From an uncultured Gammaproteobacteria bacterium (lineage in GTDB: Bacteria > Patescibacteriota > Microgenomatia > Levybacterales > GWA1-39-11), in NCBI GenBank assembly GCA_964627245.1, contig CAZVGS010000003.1, positions 47,551 through 111,550 of the forward strand: a stretch of DNA of 64,000 nucleotides, in the 5' to 3' direction. Shown here one piece after another: positions 49,212 through 59,096 of this stretch; the stretch's first letter is position 1, and the number at the start of each line of letters is the position of its first letter. The translations under genes and the position numbers were made by a program. The notes beneath the pieces are model-generated. The model had not been told where the DNA came from. It was given only the letters and a program-made list of their open reading frames with translations, and did not search any database.

Positions 49212-49781
49212 CTATTTCGATCGCTTCTTTTGCAACTTTTTCCAAGAAACAGCAACAACTCCAAGAACTAAAAGGCCACCAGTTACTAACATAAAATTTA
49301 TATTAGGATTTGACGACTTTCTTTCACTACCTTCGGAGGATGATAAGTTCTGAGTATTCGCACTCGGAGAATATCCCGTACCTAGTACAGCTAAATCTTC
49401 TGAAGTAAGTGCATCGGGTACTTCTTTATTTCCCATACAGGCATTTGTTTTGAGATTACCTGAGTCCATTTTGAGAAAAAGGAGATATTTTTTATCTTCC
49501 TCAAACGAAAAATCAACAGATATTACTGCTCCTGGAGATTCTTGTCCGCTTACCTGAATCTGAGAAGGTCCATCGTGGCCTTTAAAGTACCGCTCGACAT
49601 TAACTATAGCTGATGTATCCGATACGCTAGATACACGGCCTAACACAATTATATCTGCCTGTTGTTTATATTCCGAAAACGATATAGCAGGAGCGCAAGA
49701 AGCCAATGCAACATGAGGGGTAAAGGATAAGAATGAAAAAAGTGCAATTATAAATGTAAATAGTAAATTTCTGATCAGCAT
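49212..49781 (-). CDS. Secreted, C-terminally anchored TIMP/NTR-like OB-fold protein
   Basis: Signal peptide then SCAP......ADIIVLGRV...V....KG...YLLFL...C; C-terminal TM with basic tail. Confidence 0.65.
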   Translation of the reverse strand: MLIRNLLFTFIIALFSFLSFTPHVALASCAPAISFSEYKQQADIIVLGRVSSVSDTSAIVNVERYFKGHDGPSQIQVSGQESPGAVISVDFSFEEDKKYLLFLKMDSGNLKTNACMGNKEVPDALTSEDLAVLGTGYSPSANTQNLSSSEGSERKSSNPNINFMLVTGGLLVLGVVAVSWKKLQKKRSK

Positions 49782-49979
49782 ATTTATAAGAGAATTATAG
49801 CAAAAATTAGCTGTTCGAATCCTAATTCTAGGGATAAGTAGGACATATGTGAACCTTAGCTTTATTATTGAGAACTTGAGGGTGTTTTGTCGGTCCGAAT
49901 GTTTCCCGTCTTGAAGGGGCTTTTAGCAAGCCCCCTCAAGCTAAATAGGGAATACGGTCACCTTAGGTGCCCGTCTCAG

Positions 49980-50050
49980 CTGGCGATCAGGGATTCGAAC
50001 CCCAATACCGTCCTCCAGAGGGACGTGTCCTACCATTAGACGAATCGCCA
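49980..50050 (-). tRNA. tRNA-Gln (anticodon CTG), CCA not encoded
   Basis: Acceptor stem TGGCGAT/ATCGCCA, anticodon arm CGTCC-CTCTGGA-GGACG, T-loop TTCGAAT, discriminator G. Confidence 0.95.
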
Positions 50051-50131
50051 AAATCAAAACATTTTAGTGTTTTGAGCTCTTTATTTTACTAAATTAAGCC
50101 CAAAATAGCCAATCCATGTTATACTCAAGCA

Positions 50132-50605
50132 ATGATTACTTGTGAATTTGAGGATGGTGGAAAAGGAAATTTACGTCATGTTGTGGTCCATTGCTTGTGC
50201 TTGAAGGGTAACAAAATACTTTTGGTCAAAAGAGCGCAAGGGATATTAGAAGCTGGGAAATGGGGATTTCCTGGAGGATTTTTGGACCAAGGGGAGGATG
50301 TTAAAAAGTGCGCTGTTAGAGAACTCATGGAAGAGACAGGATATGAAGGTACGGTCGACAAATTGTTTAGGATAAATTCAGGAGAGCGGAAAAATGACCA
50401 GGGTAGAAATAATGTAGCCTTTGAAATGTTGATGAAAATAGGAGACAAAACAGGTAAGCCGGATTGGGAGCAAACAGCGGTTGAATGGATAGACCTGGAG
50501 GATCTTGCTGAGGAAAAAATGGCATTTGATCACTACATGACAATTTTAGATCTGAAAAAATACCTGAAAGAAGGCGGAGAGCTTCCCGCACTCTACCCAC
50601 AATAA
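50132..50605 (+). CDS. NUDIX hydrolase
   Basis: Nudix box GGFLDQGEDVKKCAVRELMEETG; AFDH motif. Confidence 0.92.
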   Translation: MITCEFEDGGKGNLRHVVVHCLCLKGNKILLVKRAQGILEAGKWGFPGGFLDQGEDVKKCAVRELMEETGYEGTVDKLFRINSGERKNDQGRNNVAFEMLMKIGDKTGKPDWEQTAVEWIDLEDLAEEKMAFDHYMTILDLKKYLKEGGELPALYPQ

Positions 50606-50611
50606 AATCTG

Positions 50612-50640
50612 TTGACATATACCCTCCTAGGGTATACACT
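50612..50640 (+). promoter_or_regulatory. Sigma70 promoter with CsoR operator in the spacer
   Basis: TTGACA-17-TACACT; palindrome TATACCCT-cct-AGGGTATA (50618-50636) resembles the Bacillus CsoR box. Confidence 0.88.
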
Positions 50641-50646
50641 GGGATA

Positions 50647-50919
50647 ATGAAATCCCACTACGACGATGAAAAAGTTAAAGCTCAGAAGAGACTAAATATC
50701 ATAAAGGGCCAGTTAAACGGACTTTCAAAAATGATTGATGATGATATTTATTGTGTTGACATCTTAAATCAAAGCCTCGCTATCCAAAACTCTCTTAAGA
50801 GCCTTGACGCTGTTTTGTTTGAAAGGCACTTATCAACTCATGTAGGACATCAATTCCACAACGAGCCGGAAAAAGCGACTGAGGAGCTTGTTACCCTCTT
50901 CAAAAGGATTAACAAATAA
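50647..50919 (+). CDS. csoR: Metal-sensing repressor CsoR
   Basis: RL..I.GQL.G...M.....YC.DIL.Q..A, H...H; heads the copper operon. Confidence 0.9.
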   Translation: MKSHYDDEKVKAQKRLNIIKGQLNGLSKMIDDDIYCVDILNQSLAIQNSLKSLDAVLFERHLSTHVGHQFHNEPEKATEELVTLFKRINK

Positions 50920-50921
50920 AT

Positions 50922-53234
50922 ATGATTAATAAAGCCTATCAAGTTAAGGGGATGCATTGTGCAAGCTGCAGCTCTATCATCACAAAAAAACTAAAAAAAC
51001 TTCAAAATATTGAAAGTTGCGATGTCAATTTTGCAACAGAAAAAGCTAACGTATCTTTCGACGAAAAGAAGGTTACGACTACGGACTTAAATAACCAGAT
51101 CGAAAAATTGGGCTATACGCTTGTCGAAGAGTCTCATGCTGGTCATGGCATGCCAACAAGTATAGGTGCACATAGTGAAAAAAGCAGCGCCGATCATTCA
51201 GAACACTTGGGTTTTAGTCTCTCAAAAGAGGCAAAAATAAAGGAACTTCAGCAATTTAAGGCTAAAATCAACTTAGTGCTGCCTATCTCTCTGCTTGTTT
51301 TTGCAACTATGATTTGGGATATCGCCTCAAAATTCTTCCCAGCAAGTATTCCTGCAATACCTATTCCAATGCAAATTTTAAACACCATATATTTCATATT
51401 AGCCTCTATTTTTATGTTTTGGATCGGACAGCCATATTTAAAGGCGCTGGTTAGGTTTGCAAAGTACAGGGTTGCAAATATGGATTTACTTGTCGGGATC
51501 GGTACATTTACAGCATACATTTACAGTAGTGTTTTGTTGCTTTTTCCGAGAGTTACATCATATTTCAATCTTCCAGAACATACTTACTTTGATGTGACTA
51601 TTGTTGTAATCGGATTTATAACTCTTGGGAAATATTTAGAAAGTCGCTCAAAACTTAAGACAGGTGAAGCAATTGAAAAATTGCTGGGTCTTCAAGCCAA
51701 AAGTGCCTTAGTTGTGAGAGATGGAAAAGAAATTGACATACCAATTGATGAAGTTGTTGTTGGCGATATTATTCGGGTCAAGCCGGGAGGCAAAATTCCA
51801 GTTGATGGGGAAATAATTGACGGCGCAACTTCCATAGACGAGTCCATGATCAATGGAGAGCCTGTGCCTGTTGATAAAAAAAAGGGAGATATTGTTATAG
51901 GTTCTACAATAAATAAACAAGGCAGTATTTTATTTAAGGCTAGTAAGGTTGGATCTGAGACGATGCTTTCTCAGATAGTGAGAATGGTTGAAGAGTCTCA
52001 AGGATCAAAAGCTGAAATCCAAAATTTGGCGGACAAGGCTTCATCAATATTTATCCCATCTGTACTCGTAATTGCAGTTTTATCTTTTGTTGCTTGGATG
52101 ACAGTTGGAGTATTTCTCTTGGGTTTTTCTCAGGCATTTTCTTTTGCATTATTATCTTTTGTTGGAGTGCTTGTTATCGCATGTCCTTGCGCTTTAGGAC
52201 TTGCGACGCCAACTGCAATAATTGTTGGGGTAGGCAAAGGAGCAGAGCATGGAATACTTATTAAAAATGCGCAAAGTCTTGAGAAGCTTTGCAAAGTAAA
52301 TATGGTCATTTTTGATAAAACAGGGACTCTGACGCACGGAAAGCCGGTAGTTACAGATGTTATTCCGGTTGGTTCATCGATATCTCATGAAAAAGTCTTA
52401 AATATTGCATCTAGCCTAGAAAGTCAATCATCGCATCCTATTGCCCATGCTGTGATTCGAGAGGCAGAAAAAACTAATATGGATAACTTGAAAGTGAGCC
52501 ATTTTGAGGAAAAAGAAGGAGTAGGGGTTGTTGGTGAAATTGAAGGAACAAGTTTTGCGGTGACAAGGCCTTCTTCAAAAAATAAAAACATATCTGATGT
52601 TATAAATCTTCAATCACAAGGCAAAACAGTAATTTTAGTTAAGAAGGAAGATGAAGTTGTAGGAATAATTGCCATCAGTGACACGGTGAAGCCTGATGTC
52701 AAAAAAGTAATTGAAAGGCTGCATCAAATGAATATTCAAATAGTAATGGTTACGGGAGACAACCAAAAAGCTGCAGAATATATTGCTCAACAATTGGAAA
52801 TTGATACCGTCAAAGCAGAAGTTATGCCGAAAGAGAAATCTAGCATAATTAAGGAATTTCAAAAGATGGGCAATAATGTTGCTATGGTTGGTGATGGTAT
52901 CAATGACGCTCCAGCCCTCACTCAAGCGGATGTAGGTATCGCAATGGCAACAGGAACTGATATTGCGATAGAAAGCGCTGACATAGCTCTGTTAAGCGGT
53001 GACCTATCCAAAATTCCTCAAGCAATCAATCTCTCGAGACTGACTATCCGCACAGTCAAGCAAAATCTTTTCTGGGCATTTATTTACAATATAATTGGAA
53101 TTCCGCTAGCAGCTGGAGTGTTTTATCCGATTTTCGGAATATTTCTCAATCCAATTTTTGCCGGATTTGCGATGGCAATGTCTTCTGTGTCTGTAGTTAG
53201 TAATTCATTATTATTAAAGAGAGTTAAAATTTAA
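50922..53234 (+). CDS. copA: Copper-translocating P1B-type ATPase
   Basis: GMHCASC HMA domain, CPCALGL, DKTGT, SSHP, GDGINDAP, YN and MAMSS motifs. Confidence 0.96.
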   Translation: MINKAYQVKGMHCASCSSIITKKLKKLQNIESCDVNFATEKANVSFDEKKVTTTDLNNQIEKLGYTLVEESHAGHGMPTSIGAHSEKSSADHSEHLGFSLSKEAKIKELQQFKAKINLVLPISLLVFATMIWDIASKFFPASIPAIPIPMQILNTIYFILASIFMFWIGQPYLKALVRFAKYRVANMDLLVGIGTFTAYIYSSVLLLFPRVTSYFNLPEHTYFDVTIVVIGFITLGKYLESRSKLKTGEAIEKLLGLQAKSALVVRDGKEIDIPIDEVVVGDIIRVKPGGKIPVDGEIIDGATSIDESMINGEPVPVDKKKGDIVIGSTINKQGSILFKASKVGSETMLSQIVRMVEESQGSKAEIQNLADKASSIFIPSVLVIAVLSFVAWMTVGVFLLGFSQAFSFALLSFVGVLVIACPCALGLATPTAIIVGVGKGAEHGILIKNAQSLEKLCKVNMVIFDKTGTLTHGKPVVTDVIPVGSSISHEKVLNIASSLESQSSHPIAHAVIREAEKTNMDNLKVSHFEEKEGVGVVGEIEGTSFAVTRPSSKNKNISDVINLQSQGKTVILVKKEDEVVGIIAISDTVKPDVKKVIERLHQMNIQIVMVTGDNQKAAEYIAQQLEIDTVKAEVMPKEKSSIIKEFQKMGNNVAMVGDGINDAPALTQADVGIAMATGTDIAIESADIALLSGDLSKIPQAINLSRLTIRTVKQNLFWAFIYNIIGIPLAAGVFYPIFGIFLNPIFAGFAMAMSSVSVVSNSLLLKRVKI

Positions 53235-53236
53235 AT

Positions 53237-54253
53237 ATGGAATTGTGGTTAATTTTTATGACAGGTCTGACGGTTGGCGGACTTACATGTCTTGCAGTGC
53301 AAGGTGGTCTTTTGGCTTCGGTTATTGCAGCCCGGGAAAAAGAAGAAGTTAAGAAAGGTATCAATAAGAAGAACGCTTTTCTCCCAACAGTAGTTTTTTT
53401 GTCGACTAAGCTCATCGCCTACACATTACTCGGATTTTTACTTGGTGCTTTTGGTGGTGTTATTAATATTGGTGGGAATGTTCAAATTTTTATGCAGCTT
53501 TTTGCAGGTATTTATATGGTTTTGGTAGCTCTCAATCTTCTTAATATACATCCGATATTTCGCTACGTTATCATACAGCCTCCGCGATTTTTGCTTAGAA
53601 AAGTTAAAAATCAATCCCGTGGTAAAGCAATTTTTTCTCCCGCGCTTCTTGGGGGAATGACTGTTTTTATACCTTGTGGAACCACTCTTGCCATGGAAGC
53701 ATTGGCGATTAGCAGTGCAGATCCTTGGATGGGTGCAGCTATTATGGGTGTATTTGTCTTAGGTACGATGCCTCTTTTCTTTGGTCTTGGCGTTGTTACT
53801 TCCATCCTGGGGGATACTTTTAGAACAAAGTTCTTAAAAGTGGCGGCCATTGCCCTAATATATATAGGAGTAAGTTCGATTAACGGAGCATTTATCGCAT
53901 TAGGCTTTCCGCTAAATTCAAAAGCTGTAATGAATGTTTTTGCTTCGGATGGTAATAGAGGAGTAAATCAAAAAAATGTTTCTAGTGTGTCGCAGATGCA
54001 TGAAATTTATATTTTTGCCAACGGATACTCACCGAATTATATTCGCGTTAACAAGGGGCTACCTGTATCAATAACTCTTATAGGAAAAGGTGCATACAGT
54101 TGTGCTTCTGCATTTAGAATTCCCTCACTTGGAATTAGTAAAAATATGCAGCCTAATGAAAAATATACCTTTACATTTACTCCAAAAAGGGCTGAGCGAA
54201 TAACTTTTACATGCTCTATGGGAATGTATAGTGGAGTAATCGATGTAATATGA
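53237..54253 (+). CDS. DsbD_2/TauE-like membrane protein with a C-terminal cupredoxin domain
   Basis: TCLAVQGG, PCG and FTCSMGM motifs. Confidence 0.85.
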   Translation: MELWLIFMTGLTVGGLTCLAVQGGLLASVIAAREKEEVKKGINKKNAFLPTVVFLSTKLIAYTLLGFLLGAFGGVINIGGNVQIFMQLFAGIYMVLVALNLLNIHPIFRYVIIQPPRFLLRKVKNQSRGKAIFSPALLGGMTVFIPCGTTLAMEALAISSADPWMGAAIMGVFVLGTMPLFFGLGVVTSILGDTFRTKFLKVAAIALIYIGVSSINGAFIALGFPLNSKAVMNVFASDGNRGVNQKNVSSVSQMHEIYIFANGYSPNYIRVNKGLPVSITLIGKGAYSCASAFRIPSLGISKNMQPNEKYTFTFTPKRAERITFTCSMGMYSGVIDVI

Positions 54254-54477
54254 TTTTAAAGTTAAAAATAACAGGAATGCACTGTGTGTCTTGTGCAATG
54301 AATATAGATTTTGATTTAGAAGATGTTGAGGGGGTAATTTCTTCAAAAACAAGTTATGCAAAAGGGATTACGGAGGTTGAATTCGATAACAAAAAGTTGA
54401 CAATTGACGTAATTAAAAAAGCGATAGAAGAGACAGGATATAGAGGCGAAATTTTTACCGAGGGGGGTGAATTATGA
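54250..54477 (+). CDS. copZ: HMA-domain copper chaperone
   Basis: GMHCVSC motif; 75 aa. Confidence 0.88.
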   Translation: MILKLKITGMHCVSCAMNIDFDLEDVEGVISSKTSYAKGITEVEFDNKKLTIDVIKKAIEETGYRGEIFTEGGEL

Positions 54478-55088
54478 AAGACAACAATATATTTATATAC
54501 ATAATAGTTTCTTTTTTAGCCGGAGGACTGTTGGTTTGGGGAGCAATTAATTTTGGCTCAAATTCGTACGGAAGGAGCATGATGCAATTTCAGAATTCGA
54601 ATAGTTTGAATAGGGTGCGTAATATAGATGCACATTTTATAGAAGAAATGATACCGCATCACGAGGATGCAATAAAGATGTCAAAAATAGCGCTTGAAAA
54701 AGCTTCTCATGAAGAGCTGAGAAATCTTGCTCGGAGCATTATCAAATCTCAAGGAGACGAAATTGATCAGATGACGAGCTGGTATAAAGAATGGTTTGGA
54801 ACGTCCGTGCCTGAGGAGTCTGATGATGACTTGGATAGTATGATGGGGGGAAGAATGGGTATGATGGATGAAGATACTGATTACTCCTCGCTTGTTAACT
54901 CAGAGGAATTTGACAAAAGATTTATTGAGGAGATGATTCCCCATCACCAAATGGCTGTAATGATGGCAAATATGCTTAAAAACAGTACAGAAAGAAATGA
55001 AATGAAGAAATTGGCCGATTCCATAATTACATCACAATCTCAAGAGATTGACCAAATGAGAGAATGGTACAAGAGTTGGGAATATTGA
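54474..55088 (+). CDS. DUF305 (CopM-like) Met/His-rich ferritin-like protein
   Basis: Two FIEEMIPHH..A..M....Q..EIDQM repeats. Confidence 0.88.
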   Translation: MKDNNIFIYIIVSFLAGGLLVWGAINFGSNSYGRSMMQFQNSNSLNRVRNIDAHFIEEMIPHHEDAIKMSKIALEKASHEELRNLARSIIKSQGDEIDQMTSWYKEWFGTSVPEESDDDLDSMMGGRMGMMDEDTDYSSLVNSEEFDKRFIEEMIPHHQMAVMMANMLKNSTERNEMKKLADSIITSQSQEIDQMREWYKSWEY

Positions 55089-55186
55089 GTTGTGCTTTCC
55101 AAGAAGTGAGGTATTGACTTGAAAGCTTCAATTCTTTATTCTGGTCATATTGCTTATTATCTCCAAATAGAAATTATTCCATGAAA

Positions 55187-55220
55187 TTGACAATTAGCAA
55201 TTAATTTGCTACACTGCTAA
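55187..55220 (+). promoter_or_regulatory. lon promoter overlapped by a CIRCE-like (HrcA) operator
   Basis: TTGACA (55187), 17-nt spacer, TACACT (55210); TTAGCAATT-N9-CACTGCTAA at 55194-55220. Confidence 0.75.
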
Positions 55221-55232
55221 AGTTTTAATACT

Positions 55233-57635
55233 ATGGCCGAGAACTACGATAACTACAACGAAAAAATGATACCCATAATCCCAATAAGGGATGGGATTGT
55301 TTTTCCGCACACAGAGTCAATTTTGACTTTCGGCAGGGCTAGAAGCTTAGCTGCTTTAGAGACTGCTTTTTCAGGGGAAAGGGTTGTTTGTTTTGTTCTT
55401 CAGAAAAACCCGCGTCAGGAGGATCCCGAAGTTAACGATTTGTATCAGATGGGAACAATAGCACATATTGAAAGAATGATCCGGTCTGATGGTGAGGTCA
55501 ACGCTTTAGTAAAAGGTCTTTCAAGAGCACAAATTGTTAGCTTTTCAGAATCTTCTCAATACCTGCAGGCTGTTGTTCACGAGATAGATGATTTTGAGCC
55601 GGAAAATCCGGAGGTCAAGGCTCTAATGAACCATCTAACATCTTCATTCAAAAAAGCTCTAAGTCTTGGCAAGCAGGCCGACTTTTTAGTATTTATGAAT
55701 ATAATGTCCGATATTTCAGCTTCGGAGCTTGCCGACCAAATTGCGTCAACCTTGGAAATTAAGGGTAGTGAGAGGCAAGAAATATTAGAAATAGTAAATG
55801 TTAGAAAGAGACTTGAGAAAGTAGGAGAATATCTTGACAAAGAAGTTAAAGTTTTGGAGCTTGAGCGGAAAATCGCATCAAAGACACAAGAACAGCTTGA
55901 AAAATCGACAAAAGACGCAATACTTCGCGAGAGACTTAAGACTATAGAAAAAGAATTGGGTGAGACAGACGATGGCGGTGATATAAAAGAGCTTGCTGAT
56001 AAAATCAAAAAAGCAGGTATGCCCAAGGACATTGAGGAGAAAATGATGAAAGAGTTAAGAAAGCTTCAGCAACTAACTCCGTATAATCCGGAATCGGGTT
56101 ATTTGAGGAACTATTTGGAGTGGATGGTCTCAATTCCTTGGAGCAAAAAATCGGATAGCAAAATCAATCTAAATGATGCTGAGAAAATACTTGATGAAGG
56201 ACATTACGGTCTTAAAAAAGTAAAGGAAAGAGTAGTCGAATATCTAGCAGTTCACCAACTGTCAGGAAAGATGAAGGGTCCAATTTTGTGCTTTGCAGGA
56301 CCTCCGGGGGTTGGTAAAACATCTATTGGGAAGAGTATCGCAAAGGCATTAGGCCGGGAATTCGTTAAGGTTTCTTTAGGCGGAATACGAGACGAAGCAG
56401 AGATAAGAGGACATAGAAGGACATATGTCGGTGCACTCCCAGGAAGAATTATTCAAGGCATAAAGGATGCGGGTACTAAGAACCCTGTGTTTATGCTTGA
56501 TGAAATAGATAAGGTTGGGGCTGATTTTCGTGGAGACCCATCCTCTGCTCTTCTTGAAGCGCTGGATCCTGAGCAGAATATGGGATTTTCAGACCATTAT
56601 CTAGAAGTTCCTTACGACCTTTCGGATGTGATGTTTATTACAACCGCAAATCTTCTTGATACAATTCCTCCGGCGCTTCGCGACAGGCTTGAAATCATCA
56701 ATTTTGCCGGATATACGCAGGATGAAAAATTCCATATCGGAAAAGATTTCTTACTTAAAAAACAACTTCAGGCTCACGGTTTGAAGCCTTCGAATGTGAG
56801 GGTATCTGATGAGGCTTTGGAATATACAATCAACCGTTACACAAGAGAGTCCGGTGTTAGAAATCTGGAAAGGCAAATTGCTACGATATTTAGAAAGGTT
56901 GCAAGAAAAGTTGCGGATGGAGAGAAGAGTAAGGTTATTGTTACCAAGAAGAATATTACTAAATTTTTGGGTCCTGAAAAAGTAGCAAGCCTTCTTGTTG
57001 AAAAAAAAGATGAGGTAGGAATTGCCACAGGATTGTTTTACACTCCCGCCGGAGGGGGTATCTTATCAATTGAAGTGGCACTCATGCCCGGCAAGGGTCA
57101 ACTTATCTTAACAGGGCAACTGGGGGATGTTATGAAAGAATCATGTCAGGCAGCTATGACCTATGTTAGGGCAAGGGCTAGAAAATTCGGACTTTCAGAG
57201 GATTTTTATAAAAAGTTAGACATTCATGTTCATGTTCCCGAGGGAGCTGTACCAAAAGATGGGCCATCAGCCGGAGATGCTATAACAACCGCATTGGTTT
57301 CTGCCCTCACAAAAATACCCGTCAATCATCTTGTGGGCATGACAGGGGAGGTTACAATCCGCGGAAAAGTTCTTGAAATAGGAGGAATAAAAGAAAAAGC
57401 AATAGGTGCACATAGAGCCGGGATAAGGACAATAATATTACCTAAGGAAAATAGAAAGGATTTGGAGGAAATTCCAGAAGAAGTCGCAAAAGATATTAGG
57501 TTTGTTTTTGTATCACATATGGATGATGTATTAAAAGTAGCATTGACAAAGCCGTTGCCCGGTTTTAAGGAAATAAAAGGAGAAAAGGAAAAAAAGCACA
57601 ACTTAACAACTCCCACACCAACACTTGCAGACTAA
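55233..57635 (+). CDS. lon: ATP-dependent protease La
   Basis: LON N-domain, GPPGVGKT, RRTYVGA, DEIDK and PKDGPSAG motifs. Confidence 0.97.
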   Translation: MAENYDNYNEKMIPIIPIRDGIVFPHTESILTFGRARSLAALETAFSGERVVCFVLQKNPRQEDPEVNDLYQMGTIAHIERMIRSDGEVNALVKGLSRAQIVSFSESSQYLQAVVHEIDDFEPENPEVKALMNHLTSSFKKALSLGKQADFLVFMNIMSDISASELADQIASTLEIKGSERQEILEIVNVRKRLEKVGEYLDKEVKVLELERKIASKTQEQLEKSTKDAILRERLKTIEKELGETDDGGDIKELADKIKKAGMPKDIEEKMMKELRKLQQLTPYNPESGYLRNYLEWMVSIPWSKKSDSKINLNDAEKILDEGHYGLKKVKERVVEYLAVHQLSGKMKGPILCFAGPPGVGKTSIGKSIAKALGREFVKVSLGGIRDEAEIRGHRRTYVGALPGRIIQGIKDAGTKNPVFMLDEIDKVGADFRGDPSSALLEALDPEQNMGFSDHYLEVPYDLSDVMFITTANLLDTIPPALRDRLEIINFAGYTQDEKFHIGKDFLLKKQLQAHGLKPSNVRVSDEALEYTINRYTRESGVRNLERQIATIFRKVARKVADGEKSKVIVTKKNITKFLGPEKVASLLVEKKDEVGIATGLFYTPAGGGILSIEVALMPGKGQLILTGQLGDVMKESCQAAMTYVRARARKFGLSEDFYKKLDIHVHVPEGAVPKDGPSAGDAITTALVSALTKIPVNHLVGMTGEVTIRGKVLEIGGIKEKAIGAHRAGIRTIILPKENRKDLEEIPEEVAKDIRFVFVSHMDDVLKVALTKPLPGFKEIKGEKEKKHNLTTPTPTLAD

Positions 57636-57694
57636 AGAGTTGCAAGCTTTACTTACAACTCCTACTCCAATCCTTGCAGATTAGGAATTAAATT

Positions 57695-59056
57695 TCAAGC
57701 CGATTTGCTGGGCGCCTCGCTTTTAAGTATTTTATCGATCAGGATATAAGCATTTTCTTTCTCTTCACCTTCAAGATATTTTTCGCAAAGTTTATTTACA
57801 TTTATTTCTCCGCTTTGAGCAATATCTTTATACAAATGAGCGCTTCTTCTCAATTCCCTTTCCCCCGTTACAGGATCATTGTTGATCAGTCCAAATTCTT
57901 TTGTATAACCTACAATCCATTCCAAATTGTCGATAGTAGACCAATGTATATATTGTTCTACCTTCACTCCTTCCTGCATTGCTTTCCAAACAGACACCAG
58001 GTGGGTGAGGATGTAAAATGATCTGTGTTTATCTTCTTTGTCTGCAATCCCGTTTTCGGTAATATATATGGGAAGATCATATGTTTTTTTAAGGTACCTT
58101 AATACTTCAAGAAAGAACTCGGGTACAATTGGCCAGCCGTAATCAGATTTGTATGAATTAGGCTTTCTTGTTTCACCGAAAAGCAAAGTTTTTGCGGTTA
58201 ATTTGTCTGAATTTCTAGCTCTGAATTTATATTTTCTTATATCAAGGTTTAGATAATATCCGGTGTAGTAATTGCATCCAATAAAATCCATAGTTTTTTT
58301 CGTTGCTTCAATGTAGCTCCCGACACTTATGTGGTTAACTAAATTTGAGTACCACTTGTCCCATAAATGATTTTTATGTTCAGGCAAATTCCACCTGAAT
58401 GCAAAAGTCATTCCCACTTTGGACATTGGATTAATTGATTTTATCTTTCTAAAAGATCTTTTATGTGCTTCCAGCATATTCCATCTGGCAATTGATGCTG
58501 AAATTAGATTGTTCTTTTGAGGCGGAAAATACTTTGAAAAATAAGCAAGTATAACAAGAATGTTAGGTTCATTCATTGTTATCCAATAATTCACATCAGG
58601 AAATTCCAAAGCCGCAAATTTTACAAAATGCTCAAAATGTCCAATCGTTCTTTTATTCTCCCAGCTTCCTTCTCTTGCGACCCATTGAGGAAGTACATAA
58701 TGATTTAGTGTAACCATGGGAATCATCCCCGCATCTACGATTGTTTTTATAATTTCTTTGTAACGGGCAACGGCTTCCAAATTTATATTTCCCTTTTGAG
58801 GTTCAATCCTTCCCCATGAAATACCTATTCTCTGTACTTTAAGTCCAAGTCCAGCCATCGTATTGATGTCGTGTTCTGCCTTCCCCTTTTTCCACCATTC
58901 CGGACCCTTCTCGTGGAGTTTTATCATCTCAGGGTACTGGTTCATATAAACGTCCCAGTCAGTATTTCTTTCCCCATCCTCTCCTTCCACTTGGTGGGCA
59001 GCAGTAGCACTGCCAAATAAGAAATCTTTTGGGAATTTTAATATTTTATTGTCCAT
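57695..59056 (-). CDS. Glycoside hydrolase family 1 (beta-glycosidase)
   Basis: F.FGSATAAHQVEG, TMNEP acid/base, ITENG nucleophile and DNLEW motifs. Confidence 0.93.
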   Translation of the reverse strand: MDNKILKFPKDFLFGSATAAHQVEGEDGERNTDWDVYMNQYPEMIKLHEKGPEWWKKGKAEHDINTMAGLGLKVQRIGISWGRIEPQKGNINLEAVARYKEIIKTIVDAGMIPMVTLNHYVLPQWVAREGSWENKRTIGHFEHFVKFAALEFPDVNYWITMNEPNILVILAYFSKYFPPQKNNLISASIARWNMLEAHKRSFRKIKSINPMSKVGMTFAFRWNLPEHKNHLWDKWYSNLVNHISVGSYIEATKKTMDFIGCNYYTGYYLNLDIRKYKFRARNSDKLTAKTLLFGETRKPNSYKSDYGWPIVPEFFLEVLRYLKKTYDLPIYITENGIADKEDKHRSFYILTHLVSVWKAMQEGVKVEQYIHWSTIDNLEWIVGYTKEFGLINNDPVTGERELRRSAHLYKDIAQSGEINVNKLCEKYLEGEEKENAYILIDKILKSEAPSKSA

Positions 59057-59096
59057 ACTCCATTTTGTGCATTTAACCGCAAAAAAGTCAAAATTA

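Noticed and set aside
49813-49822. gttcgaatcc as a duplicated tRNA 3' end (att site)
   Set aside because: Only 10 bp, inverted relative to the tRNA and with a palindromic core; no direct repeat of the tRNA 3' end was found by eye to the left
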